Source: a virus
Taxonomy: Duplodnaviria > Caudoviricetes
DNA: 64,000 nt
IMG/VR virus record: IMGVR_UViG_3300032038_000005
Location: 64,001-128,000 of that record
Reading direction: 5' to 3' (one strand)
The translations under genes were made by a program, and so were the position numbers. Shown here one piece after another: positions 18,586 through 28,864 of this stretch. Each line of letters begins with the position of its first letter. Position 1 is the stretch's first letter. The notes beneath the pieces were generated by a model. That model was not told the origin of the DNA, searched no databases, and saw only the letters and a program-made list of their open reading frames with translations.

Positions 18586-19520
18586 CATTTTTTCTTGAGT
18601 TCGTATGTCCGTAGCAAAGAGTCTTTTGCATAACCACCTTCACGGTTGATTTCCACAATCTCAGAAATGGGATTTGGATAATCTTCCAATAGGTCTCCAT
18701 TATCATTGAATGTCGCGAATTCTACATCATCGTCCGAATCTCCAATCATCACATAAGTTGTTGGACGTTCTGTTTCATACTTCGCATATTGATTCACATT
18801 TGGAGATGGAAGAATATCATCTAATAAACCAGCTGCTCGATTGACATCATTCTCAACAGTTTGTGGATCATATTGCGGTGATGGATGATACTCCACGGGA
18901 ACTGCAACGGCACTGTTGAACACATCATCCAACATAGAATGTCCCATCTCAATAGAACCAGGAGTGGTTGGTACGACACCAGGATCTGCATTTGTTAATT
19001 GTTTGGAAGATTGCTGTTGTTTTAAACGTAATTCGGAGATGTTCTTTTTGATGGTGATCATCTCTTTGTTGATACCCGTTACAGCAGAACGAGCTGCTGT
19101 TAATGCTTGCATGGCTAAGATGTCATTTTCATTCAATCCGAATTTGTCTTTATCCTTTAATCCTTCCATTAATTTTTTTTCGAATAATTTGGTAATACGA
19201 ACTTGATCAGCAGCAGAAGAACGAAGTGCAGCTAATTCGGATGTGTAAATCTTATTCGGATCGATACGGTTATCCACTAATGCTCCAGGTGAACGAGACG
19301 CTTCATCAAATGTTGCCATGATTCCCGTCACACCACCCCAGTTATCAGAACCAAGCGGTTCCAGATAATGTGTCATATTGGGATATAATGTGGGTTCCGA
19401 TTTATAATTATGAAACTCATTTGCGAATGTAGTTGGATCATAATATAACTGTTCTTGTTGTTTGGAATCCTGATCTGGAATCATCTGTGAAATCTCACGA
19501 AGTGAATCAAATAAACTCAT
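18585..19520 (-). CDS. Hypothetical protein with coiled-coil, 311 aa
   Basis: Long ORF with AAAGGGA RBS, in an operon with the RNAP beta' gene. Confidence 0.75.
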   Translation of the reverse strand: MSLFDSLREISQMIPDQDSKQQEQLYYDPTTFANEFHNYKSEPTLYPNMTHYLEPLGSDNWGGVTGIMATFDEASRSPGALVDNRIDPNKIYTSELAALRSSAADQVRITKLFEKKLMEGLKDKDKFGLNENDILAMQALTAARSAVTGINKEMITIKKNISELRLKQQQSSKQLTNADPGVVPTTPGSIEMGHSMLDDVFNSAVAVPVEYHPSPQYDPQTVENDVNRAAGLLDDILPSPNVNQYAKYETERPTTYVMIGDSDDDVEFATFNDNGDLLEDYPNPISEIVEINREGGYAKDSLLRTYELKKK

Positions 19521-19684
19521 GCTGAGTCATCCCTTTCTGTATTTAAAATTGTATCGAGAGGTTGTTCGGATTCGTTTGATTCATCATCTGTTTCATTCGG
19601 TGGACGTAACAATCCTTTCTTCCACTCCATGACAAGTTGATCATAACTCTTGACTTCCCCATTTTCAAGCCAAAACTTTGCCAT
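19517..19684 (-). CDS. Small hypothetical protein (MAKFWLENG)
   Basis: GGAGTG RBS; ATGA overlap with the next gene. Confidence 0.55.
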   Translation of the reverse strand: MAKFWLENGEVKSYDQLVMEWKKGLLRPPNETDDESNESEQPLDTILNTERDDSA

Positions 19685-19689
19685 GAGAA

Positions 19690-21213
19690 TCACTCCATCT
19701 TTGTTAAACCATATAATCCATTCAAACATTCAATTTCAATTGGAAACATGGTTCGTCCTTCCATACGAATATTGTATAATTTAGATCTCATTAGCTTTTC
19801 TGCTTGTTGGTTTGCTTCTTCTGACCAGATACCAACTGATTTAACAGTATCTCCATCATAGTCACCACCGATCGCTTTCAAACGAGAATTGGATGGTGTT
19901 AAGGTATCAGCAAATAATGTGGAGACTTTCATGTGGCCCAATGACGGATCTACAACTGGATAGTTCTTAAAGGTTTCACCTTGCCATTGCATTTCCGTTG
20001 TTTGAATGGTGGATAATAAGACGGGATAGGTGAAGAATGCTCCATAGTGATCACCCATGGGATACCGTACCGTATAGCACATCTTTCCTGCATCAATGAT
20101 TCCTCTTCGGCAACATATAAAAATTGCATCAGTTAGTGTCAACGGACGAATCTGACGCTGTTGGATTTTCACATCAAATCCATCAAAGATAATGGGTTTG
20201 GTTTGATCGGGATCTAAATACATAATATGAAAACGAGCACCGGGATTCATTTTATAGATTTTTACCAATCTTGCAATTTCCTCATCATCATAAATATTTG
20301 CCAAATCTTCCGAATTGACTTCCTCTGGGTTTGGATGAATTTGTTGAATATTGGAATAAGAGAAGAATTGTTTCATTTGAAATTTGATGAACGGGTCAAA
20401 CATTGTGACGAGTGTATGCATTGGATATCCCGTGTGATAGATACCAATCTCGGGATTGTCTGTATTATACTTTGGACCAGAGATTACGTTTCTTGCTGCA
20501 AATGATGTTGTCTTGGACATGAGATGCTGTTGAAAGAATCCCGTTTTCGCAGAAACAAGATTGTTGATATACTCATAAATTTGAATGGCAAAATTCTGGA
20601 ATTTACAATAAACTTGATACACATCATTTGTTGTCGTATGTGAGGTGATAGACTTTAATCCCAAGATTCCCATATACATCGTATTCAATTCACTTTTTAC
20701 TTGTCGGCCATTTCGTTCACCGATCTGTCTCATGTTGGGAGGGGACACCAGAATCTTATCATTGAACAATAACTTCTTTGGTGTTTTTGTCAAGATATCC
20801 ATATTGTCTTGAGAACGGGTATTCAATGCTTCTTTGAGATTAATCTTATCCCAAATATTATATAAGTCAACCAATCCACAATATTTCCCATTATCTGGAT
20901 TTGGTTTTAAAATACCATCTTCTGTCAAATCACATCTGGTTTCTGCATATGCCAATTTCTTAATAATACCACCAGATCTCATGATAATGGTTTTTGCCAC
21001 ATTGGGATTGAAAATATGAATTGGTAATTTAATATATCCACAACGATATTCTCGTTCATTATTGGTTTGACCAAAGACTTCTTCTGAGAATAAACCTTGT
21101 GGATGAAACTGATTCTCCGTTAGATAGATACGGGATGAAGTGACTTCTTTTAAATCATTGACCTTGATGGCTTGGTCAATATCATATAATCCTTGAATCT
21201 TCATTTGATTCAT
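19690..21213 (-). CDS. Phage RNA polymerase beta' subunit, N-terminal plus catalytic part (probably virion RNAP, phiKZ gp180-like)
   Basis: GLFSEEVFG, GYIKLP, VSPPNMR, RYPMGDH and catalytic GGDYDGD; start moved to the GAAAGGAG RBS (21213 or 21204). Confidence 0.9.
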   Translation of the reverse strand: MNQMKIQGLYDIDQAIKVNDLKEVTSSRIYLTENQFHPQGLFSEEVFGQTNNEREYRCGYIKLPIHIFNPNVAKTIIMRSGGIIKKLAYAETRCDLTEDGILKPNPDNGKYCGLVDLYNIWDKINLKEALNTRSQDNMDILTKTPKKLLFNDKILVSPPNMRQIGERNGRQVKSELNTMYMGILGLKSITSHTTTNDVYQVYCKFQNFAIQIYEYINNLVSAKTGFFQQHLMSKTTSFAARNVISGPKYNTDNPEIGIYHTGYPMHTLVTMFDPFIKFQMKQFFSYSNIQQIHPNPEEVNSEDLANIYDDEEIARLVKIYKMNPGARFHIMYLDPDQTKPIIFDGFDVKIQQRQIRPLTLTDAIFICCRRGIIDAGKMCYTVRYPMGDHYGAFFTYPVLLSTIQTTEMQWQGETFKNYPVVDPSLGHMKVSTLFADTLTPSNSRLKAIGGDYDGDTVKSVGIWSEEANQQAEKLMRSKLYNIRMEGRTMFPIEIECLNGLYGLTKME

Positions 21214-21268
21214 ACTCCTTTCTTCAAGTAAAGTATTTACGAAAACGTTTGAAACAATATAAAATGGG

Positions 21269-21293
21269 GGGTGGGGGGCATTGCCCCCCACCC
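21269..21293. terminator. GC-rich hairpin (palindrome family)
   Basis: GGGTGGGGGGCA-T-TGCCCCCCACCC with a T-tract on the minus strand. Confidence 0.6.
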
Positions 21294-21498
21294 AAATCAA
21301 AAAGAAAGGAAAAATTAGTATCCCATATTGCAAGTTCGGAAACAATATGGGATGAGGATTGGAAAGTAAAAATGTCAGTGCACTCAACGGCATTTGAGTG
21401 AAGTTCATCCATGAACCTATTATCATGTTACATGTGGATCATTTTAAATTCTGATGATCGACAAAATGCTAAAAAATTAATTTGAGGAGATTCTTATT

Positions 21499-22194
21499 AT
21501 GAACAGACCGATTACAACATTATTCTTATTGATGTCACTTGACGGAAAGATTTCCACAGGTGATACAGACAACTGGGATGTTGACAAAGATATTCCCAAT
21601 ATAGACGGCGATCCATCCGCAGGACTTCATCAGTATTATGAAGAAGAACAGGAGACGGATTTATGGTGTCTCAACTCTGGTAGAGTATTAGCAAAGGTTG
21701 GCATGAACGACACCAAAGGAATACCCAAAAAGACACCTGTTACTTTTGCAATCATTGACAATGATCATCTTGCAGAGGGAGCTGTTCGTCACTTCTCCAA
21801 GAAAGGTCAAATGGTTGTCATTGTCACATCCAATCCAGACCATCCGGGTTTCAAATTGGAAAAGGAATTGAAGAATGTTAAGATGCTCAAGTACGGTGGA
21901 AGATTGAATCTGAAACAGATGTTAGAGAACTTCAAGAAATTGGGATGCAAAGACCTTACGATTCAGACAGGTGGTACACTCAATGAACTGTTTCTTCATC
22001 AACATCTCATTGACAAAGTTAATATTGTCATATGGCCTGGTATTGTCGGTGGTAAAAATGTATCCACATTAGTTGATGGAAATGCACCCAAATCTCTTAA
22101 AGACATTGGTATATTAAAGCTGACACAATGCAGGACTCTCAAGAATTCCTATGTTCAACTCAAGTATGATGTCGTTAACTCCGACAAAAAGTAA
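21499..22194 (+). CDS. RibD C-terminal/dihydrofolate reductase-fold reductase
   Basis: MSLDGKIS, TIQTGGTLN and IDKVNIVIWPGIVGG. Confidence 0.8.
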   Translation: MNRPITTLFLLMSLDGKISTGDTDNWDVDKDIPNIDGDPSAGLHQYYEEEQETDLWCLNSGRVLAKVGMNDTKGIPKKTPVTFAIIDNDHLAEGAVRHFSKKGQMVVIVTSNPDHPGFKLEKELKNVKMLKYGGRLNLKQMLENFKKLGCKDLTIQTGGTLNELFLHQHLIDKVNIVIWPGIVGGKNVSTLVDGNAPKSLKDIGILKLTQCRTLKNSYVQLKYDVVNSDKK

Positions 22195-22208
22195 ATAAGA
22201 TGAGAAAC

Positions 22209-22226
22209 CCGCCCCATATGGGGCGG
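22209..22226. terminator. GCCCCATATGGGGC palindrome/terminator
   Basis: CCGCCCC-ATAT-GGGGCGG followed by a T-rich tract. Confidence 0.65.
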
Positions 22227-22612
22227 AACATTCTTTCTTTCTTTTCTAGACATAAGGTTTTTCAGCGGCGAAGAACTAAACCACTATATGGAACAATCTA
22301 TTGTGTATTTAACAAATCATTCTATATAGTATATGATTTTCTAATTATTTTTTCTCTATACTATCAATGTTTATATAGTATTATATAGAAGATAATCCTC
22401 CCGGATTATCTTCCCGTCAATAGTTAGTACTTTTTAACTTTTATTATTATTTTAGCATATAGAAATAAAAGTTATACAATCACATACTATTATATTTACA
22501 TTTTCATATAACGAGAATGATACAACAATTCTTCAGTTATACATGTATATGATTATTTTGACAATGGAGAAATGACATTGAATTACCATAATAAGAAAGG
22601 AAGATTAGTAGT

Positions 22613-24970
22613 ATGGGACAGAAACAGTTTAAAGATGACAAGTATAAGATTATCGAACGAGACTTAGATAAGATAAAGTCCAGGCCTACAATGTACGTGT
22701 CATCCTTAGGTGAAGCAGGTGTACTGCATCTCTGTAAAGAGATTATCGACAACAACCGTGATGAAGTCACAAAGAGAGAATCACCTGGTAATGAAATCTA
22801 TATCGAAATCACGGACAAGTATTTGATGACTCGTGATAATGGTAGAGGTATTCCCACACCGATTCTGAGAAAGGTAATTGAGACGATTCAGGCTGGATCT
22901 AACATGACGAGAACAGGCGGAGCGACAAGTGGGGAAAACGGTTGCGGCAGTGCATGTGTATTGGCACTCTCATCAGACTATGAAATCATCTCCATCAGAC
23001 CTCAGGAGAAAAAGAAGTTGACACTTCGTTACAAAGATGCAGAGTTAATTGATGAACAACTTGAGGATTACACCGGAGATGACCATGGTTTGATTCTCAG
23101 ATTTGCGCCATCTAAGAAGATTATGGGTACGGATAAGATCCCCGTGGAAGAACTCGTAAAGTGGATTCAAGACTTTGATTACACGTTACCCCACGCAATC
23201 AATCTGACGTATAAAGTTCGTGGCAAAGTTTTCCATACCAAACACAAATGGCTTCGGGAAGTGTTTGATGTAGATATTCCAAAAGACCTCAGAATCTCTG
23301 ATATATTAACTGGAATATTCATGGGTGAATTGGATGAGACATTCTCTGGTGAAGTCTTCCATCGTCATTTTGAGATTGAGGTAGCTATTATGTATGCTTC
23401 TCCTGATTACAAGGGGGATGACATTCGACAGTCATGGATGAACATGATTTACACCCCTCAGAATGGAGAACATGTAGATGCTGTCATCAAAGCATTCATC
23501 AAATTCATGTCAGAAGAGATTGGCCGTCGGAATAAGAAGCTTGCAAACGAAGACTTGCGTCGTGACATTTTATCACATCTTCAGATTGTTGTGAAAGGAA
23601 CTTGTGATTGTGCACACATGTTCTCTGCCCAGAGTAAACATCAAGTGATGACCAAGGATAGATGTCTCGGTAAAGCCATTGAACAAGCCGCATATGAATG
23701 GTTCAATGAATCGAACAGCCAGTATGCAAGTCTGATAGAAGCTGTTCTCGGGAACCATCGTGCACGTATTGCAGGTGAACAAGCACGTGATTTATCCAAA
23801 GCAACACGTGTGAAGAAGCAGTGGCAACAGACAGAGAAGTATATCCCGTGTTCTTCTATCAAGACTGATATGCCGAAGGAACTGTATCTGGTTGAGGGTA
23901 ACTCTGCAGGTGGTGGTGTGAACGGTGCTCGTTTCCCATATCAAGCCATCCTTATGTTCCGCGGTAAGAATCTGAATCCGTACGAAGGAGATGCACTCAA
24001 GACCATCAACTCTGATTCATGGAAACACTTGATTCCAATTCTTGGTTGTGGTGTTGGGCCAACCTTTGACATCAAGAAGCTGAAGTTCGATAAGATTATC
24101 ATTGCCACAGATGCTGACGTGGATGGATATCACATTCGTGTGGAACACATGACATTCTTCTTGCGATTCTTACCGGAAATCATCAAAGCAGGAAAGCTGT
24201 ATATTGCCGAACCACCCTTGTATCAGTTGACTCGTGGTAAGTCAATTTCGTATGTTGCTACACAGACTGAGTATATCCAGACCTGTATCGAATCCATCGG
24301 TGATTTGCAAGTGACATTTATCCAGAAACCTGATAACCACACATCCATCCGTGAGTTTGTCACTGAAGCATTCGACTATACAAATACCTTACAGGACATC
24401 TCCATCAAGAGAAGTGTGAATCGATATTTGTTGGAGCATATCGCATATGGACTCACACAGTATCAGACAGCTGAGAACTTCATTAACAATGTAGACAATT
24501 GGTTGAGAAGCATTGCTCCCATATATAAGGAGATCGGTTTCAACCATTCCACTAACCAGGTGACTGCAGTTATCGACTTCGTCGACCAGTATGTGCTGAT
24601 TGATGATGACTTGGTCGCTGATTTGTCCGAGATTATTCGTATCCAGGATAAATATGGTTTACTTGTAGGCTACCAGTCTCTCAAGAAAGGTATGAACCAG
24701 CAAACGGAGCTGTCATACTTCTTTGAGCAGATTGAAGATATGTATCCGAGAATCACAGGTCGGTACAAAGGCTTAGGTTCCTCAGACCCCGATGTATTGC
24801 GTCAGGTTATCATGGATCCAAGAACCCGTCGTCTTATGAGAGTGACAATTGATGATGTATTGACATATGAGAAGATGGGTGCACTCGTTGGAAAGTCCAA
24901 AAATGATGTACTCGCTCGCAAAGAGATTCTGATGAACTTCCATTGGACACCGGCCGATATCGATTCATAA
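22613..24970 (+). CDS. gyrB: Type IIA topoisomerase/DNA gyrase subunit B
   Basis: GHKL motifs EIIDN and DNGRGIP; TOPRIM motifs ELYLVEGNSAGG and IIATDADVDG; RYKGLG; long insertion in the TOPRIM region. Confidence 0.92.
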   Translation: MGQKQFKDDKYKIIERDLDKIKSRPTMYVSSLGEAGVLHLCKEIIDNNRDEVTKRESPGNEIYIEITDKYLMTRDNGRGIPTPILRKVIETIQAGSNMTRTGGATSGENGCGSACVLALSSDYEIISIRPQEKKKLTLRYKDAELIDEQLEDYTGDDHGLILRFAPSKKIMGTDKIPVEELVKWIQDFDYTLPHAINLTYKVRGKVFHTKHKWLREVFDVDIPKDLRISDILTGIFMGELDETFSGEVFHRHFEIEVAIMYASPDYKGDDIRQSWMNMIYTPQNGEHVDAVIKAFIKFMSEEIGRRNKKLANEDLRRDILSHLQIVVKGTCDCAHMFSAQSKHQVMTKDRCLGKAIEQAAYEWFNESNSQYASLIEAVLGNHRARIAGEQARDLSKATRVKKQWQQTEKYIPCSSIKTDMPKELYLVEGNSAGGGVNGARFPYQAILMFRGKNLNPYEGDALKTINSDSWKHLIPILGCGVGPTFDIKKLKFDKIIIATDADVDGYHIRVEHMTFFLRFLPEIIKAGKLYIAEPPLYQLTRGKSISYVATQTEYIQTCIESIGDLQVTFIQKPDNHTSIREFVTEAFDYTNTLQDISIKRSVNRYLLEHIAYGLTQYQTAENFINNVDNWLRSIAPIYKEIGFNHSTNQVTAVIDFVDQYVLIDDDLVADLSEIIRIQDKYGLLVGYQSLKKGMNQQTELSYFFEQIEDMYPRITGRYKGLGSSDPDVLRQVIMDPRTRRLMRVTIDDVLTYEKMGALVGKSKNDVLARKEILMNFHWTPADIDS

Positions 24971-24999
24971 TCAAAAGAAAGAAATAGGAGGATTTAACC

Positions 25000-27018
25000 A
25001 TGAACTTTAACACAGACACAGATGTGAATGAATCCCGTTTCGCCGACATTCGTCAGTATCAGGAGATTACCTCTCCCGATATTATCTACGAACTGTTGGG
25101 AGACATTATCATTCTGAACCGCTATCGTCAGAGAGAACATTATGACGAACTGTATGAACGCGTGGTAGATGTTGCTGTATGTTGCTGGAATGTCCATGTG
25201 AACCCTGATGACAAAGACAGCGATGTGCTCCAGCATACACCTATCAAGTTCAAAGTGGATATTGACGACATCCAGACGTATGCCATCCCGCTGAATCGCT
25301 TCATGATGTCCATGGCATTTATCCGTGCGATTCTTCCGTACCTCGACCGCGTGAATCTGAACGACTTCATTCTCCACAAATTCATGTCGGAGAAAGACCG
25401 TGTGGAAATCCAGAACAGAATCGTGGAAGTGCTTCGTGGTCAGGGTCTCACCATCAAAGAGATTCAGGTTATCATGGCACGTATGTCATTAGACCTGAAA
25501 GAACAGACACTGGTATTTGGCCAAGCTGACATGCAAATCTTCTCTGCGGAGAATTTGTTCCTCGACCATTATATGGCATCGGAGATTGTTCGCGACATCA
25601 ACAATACGGAATATCCACCGGATATGCAGACTGCCGATATTGTCGAGGAGAATGCAAAGAAATACAAGATTCTGGAAAAAGAAATGATGGAACGTGGTAA
25701 TCCGTTCTTCATCGACTCCAAGTATGCCAAGATTGTCAAGCCGAAGCAGATGGAAGAATTGTATATCAACTTCTCTCAGATTCCGGATGGTAAAGAGATT
25801 ATTCCCATCATCATGAACGGTAATGGCTTCAAGGCCGGTTATCATGACTTGGAAGTGTTCTATGGTGGTGCGATTGCTGCGAAAGTGCCAGACTTGATGA
25901 ATGATAAGTGGATGGGTGATGCGGGATACTTCTCAAGAAACTTGATGATTCTCACATACGGGACAATCAGTAAGACGGTATATGATTGCGGCTCTCGTAA
26001 TCTCATTCCGATTACAATTGATGAGACAGCTGCTCGTATGATGAACGGTCGTTATTATCAGAGAAGCAAGCATGATGGAATCTTGAGAGTCTTCCATAAG
26101 GATGACAAACGCCTGATGGGTAAGACATTATGGTTCCGCTCACCTTGTACCTGTAATCTGAATGAAGATTGTTGTCATGTCTGCTATGGCACAATCGCAT
26201 TGCAAGTTGGTCAACTGGAAGGTGGATTCATCTATACAACAGAATTGATGACATCAAGAGTTGGTCAGAATATCTTGTCTGCGAAACATCTGCTCAAAAC
26301 CGATGCGGAGAAAATCGACTTCTCTTCCAACTTCGAAAAATGGTTTGTGCTCAATTCATCAACCGTATATCCCAGAGATGAGAAGAAGTTTGATATCTAT
26401 ATTCGTGAAGACTATCATGAGACATCCTCTGAGAGTGTCACATTCTATTGCGGAAAAGACATGGAGGAAGTCACCATCGGACATTATTCTGACGTCGCCA
26501 TTCCGGATGATATTCTGTCCAAGGGTAAGAAAGTGGAGATTGATGACGTGGCCTATATCAAGATTTCCTCGTTCAAGATTCTGGAGAGTGGTGGAGAGCT
26601 TTGTAATATCACACCTATCAACATCTCCATCATTGCTCGTTATATGGATATCATGAAATTCTTCACATCTAATGCGGCTAAGATGGACAAAGTAGAAGAT
26701 GCTGTTGTGGCACTGATGAGATTGCTGGATGCCACATTCATTCCAATCCTGTCTACACATGGAGAAATTATCATCGGACATTTGCTGCGTTCGATTGACA
26801 GTAAGGTGAAGAGACCCAACTGGTTGAATGAAGATGAACCGTATCAGATTCTCCCGTTGAAGACAGCACTGGGTTCTTCTGAGAGTGCAACCACCTCGTT
26901 GGCATTTGAGAGAGCCGGCAATCAGTTGCTGTCAAGTATCTTCGACTTGAGAAATGACATTAATCGTGTTGGTGTACGTTCTTTCTCCGACTATATGTTC
27001 GGGGAATCTAATCTGTAA
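25000..27018 (+). CDS. Phage RNA polymerase beta' subunit, C-terminal part (probably non-virion)
   Basis: Bridge helix DAGYFSRNL, DCGS, Zn site RSPCTC...CHVCYG, trigger loop GQNILSAKH and LAFE; no DxDGD. Confidence 0.85.
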   Translation: MNFNTDTDVNESRFADIRQYQEITSPDIIYELLGDIIILNRYRQREHYDELYERVVDVAVCCWNVHVNPDDKDSDVLQHTPIKFKVDIDDIQTYAIPLNRFMMSMAFIRAILPYLDRVNLNDFILHKFMSEKDRVEIQNRIVEVLRGQGLTIKEIQVIMARMSLDLKEQTLVFGQADMQIFSAENLFLDHYMASEIVRDINNTEYPPDMQTADIVEENAKKYKILEKEMMERGNPFFIDSKYAKIVKPKQMEELYINFSQIPDGKEIIPIIMNGNGFKAGYHDLEVFYGGAIAAKVPDLMNDKWMGDAGYFSRNLMILTYGTISKTVYDCGSRNLIPITIDETAARMMNGRYYQRSKHDGILRVFHKDDKRLMGKTLWFRSPCTCNLNEDCCHVCYGTIALQVGQLEGGFIYTTELMTSRVGQNILSAKHLLKTDAEKIDFSSNFEKWFVLNSSTVYPRDEKKFDIYIREDYHETSSESVTFYCGKDMEEVTIGHYSDVAIPDDILSKGKKVEIDDVAYIKISSFKILESGGELCNITPINISIIARYMDIMKFFTSNAAKMDKVEDAVVALMRLLDATFIPILSTHGEIIIGHLLRSIDSKVKRPNWLNEDEPYQILPLKTALGSSESATTSLAFERAGNQLLSSIFDLRNDINRVGVRSFSDYMFGESNL

Positions 27019-27032
27019 GGAGGTGACACGAT

Positions 27033-28067
27033 ATGAGTTATTCTATTGCACCAATTTGCGGGGTATATGCAACACCCAAGTATCGTGTCATTTCAAGTGT
27101 GCTCGGGGAGGATTTCTCCCCTGAGCATGGCTTGGATGTGTATCTGGATTTGAACACGATTGTATCTGTGCTGTCATCTGCATCAAAGTTTATGAACTCA
27201 TTACCCTTTTCCGAAGATGCAGAAAAAGATATTGTGAAATGTATTCTGAATGCCGTCAGACATTGGAAAGGATTCGTCCGTAAGTATGAAAACTCCAGAA
27301 TCTTTCTGTTGTGGAATGAATTTGAATTACGGCCGTTACCTGAACAGGAGATTCTGAAATCGTATCTCATTCCGTATGTAAACAAATACAAACAGGACAG
27401 ATTCAAACAGTTTGTGTATTATTGGACAGAGGCCATGAAGAAAGTAGAAGTGGTATTGAAATATGTTCCTCAATCCTATCTCATCAAGACCAACTTTGTG
27501 GACTCGTATATCGTACCAGCTATCATCTCCAATGATGAAACGACAAAACTGATTGTATCGGGAAATTCCATGTTCACCTCATATAACTATATTCCCAATA
27601 CGAAAATCATCTACTCCCGTTTTCGTCGGAATGGGAATTGCCAACTGTCAGACCCGCTCATGATTTGTCAATCTATCTCTAAGATTGATGATGACATCAT
27701 GAGCACATTCTGTCAGAATAAAGTCTTCTATAATCTGTTGCAAGCGATTATCGGTGACTTCGATAGAGGTATCATGGGAATGACCCAATTTGGAATTACC
27801 AACTTTGCAACGGAATTGTTACGTGCGGTTGAACAGCACAAAGTTCCCAATGACCCAAAGTCCATTGAATCTGTCTTTCCCGTCATCAACAAGAACTATC
27901 ATGCGTATTTGAAACAGGCATATCCGTTGATTGATGTGGAGACACACAAACAGCTTATCACTCCCTCCACGGTAGAGAAAACCAAAGCACTGTTAATCGA
28001 TTTACTCGACATCGATGGCTTAAGTAAACTCAATGTAGATGGGATGAACTTATTAGAACTCTTATAA
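27033..28067 (+). CDS. 5'-3' exonuclease/PIN (T4 RNase H-like) fold protein, possibly inactive
   Basis: VYLDLN at the N-terminus, LIVSGNS, and H3TH-like IIGDFDRGIMG. Confidence 0.5.
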   Translation: MSYSIAPICGVYATPKYRVISSVLGEDFSPEHGLDVYLDLNTIVSVLSSASKFMNSLPFSEDAEKDIVKCILNAVRHWKGFVRKYENSRIFLLWNEFELRPLPEQEILKSYLIPYVNKYKQDRFKQFVYYWTEAMKKVEVVLKYVPQSYLIKTNFVDSYIVPAIISNDETTKLIVSGNSMFTSYNYIPNTKIIYSRFRRNGNCQLSDPLMICQSISKIDDDIMSTFCQNKVFYNLLQAIIGDFDRGIMGMTQFGITNFATELLRAVEQHKVPNDPKSIESVFPVINKNYHAYLKQAYPLIDVETHKQLITPSTVEKTKALLIDLLDIDGLSKLNVDGMNLLELL

Positions 28068-28864
28068 TGAATCAGGAGATGATTATTATGGAAATTATCG
28101 ATATCAAAATCGACAACAACATGCGCTCAGAACCGTATCCGACATTATTGAGTAAAGGCATTCGTTCAGAATGCCTTTACTTCAACACTGCGGTTATCGT
28201 GACAATCAAACCGAAGAAATGGATTGACTGCTTCTATCGTTTGTTCTGGGAAGATAACTATCTACATATCCCACGCACACGTCATTCCAAATTCGTACGA
28301 CATGAATCAAAAGACATATTCGACTTGTTTGAAATGCATCTCACTTTGGCAGAGGTGATGGATTTTCTGTATGATGCAACACCACCATTGCTTCGTAACC
28401 AGTTACCAAGTGGAACACAAACAATTGATGATATTGTCGAATTGATGAAGACATTCCTCATTGAAGAATCGAAACAACGTGACATGTACCAGAGTATCTT
28501 CCAGAAGATTACAAAGTATGGTGTATTTGAAAAACGGAATGTCATGGATTTACAGAAGATGCAGTTATTGCGTCAGAAGACACCAACAGGTTTACTGTGT
28601 CAGGTGATTTATTCTACTTCCGCATTGCAAACAATGTTCGATACAAATGTGACTGTTAATGGTATCTTCTTACTGCATGCAAACAATAATACAGACATGG
28701 AAGAATTCGTCAGAACCATGTTCAAGTACTACGGACAGCATTCCGTTACTGTATGTGATGTTCACAGAGACCCCAGTAGTGGGAATTACATCATGATTCA
28801 GTATATCGGTGATATGTTCAATGAACTTGTTACGAGAACTTACAAACCCTTTGTTTCTGTATAA
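28067..28864 (+). CDS. Hypothetical protein (start may be 28088)
   Basis: Operon-coupled ORF; AGGAG RBS before 28088. Confidence 0.75.
   Translation: MNQEMIIMEIIDIKIDNNMRSEPYPTLLSKGIRSECLYFNTAVIVTIKPKKWIDCFYRLFWEDNYLHIPRTRHSKFVRHESKDIFDLFEMHLTLAEVMDFLYDATPPLLRNQLPSGTQTIDDIVELMKTFLIEESKQRDMYQSIFQKITKYGVFEKRNVMDLQKMQLLRQKTPTGLLCQVIYSTSALQTMFDTNVTVNGIFLLHANNNTDMEEFVRTMFKYYGQHSVTVCDVHRDPSSGNYIMIQYIGDMFNELVTRTYKPFVSV

Noticed and set aside
21214-21426. N-terminal extension of RNAP beta' in the ORF track
   Set aside because: It runs through hairpins; the RBS supports a start at 21213 or 21204
21451-21457. CTGATGA (also at about 1029) as a hammerhead ribozyme core
   Set aside because: No stem II followed by GAAA at either site
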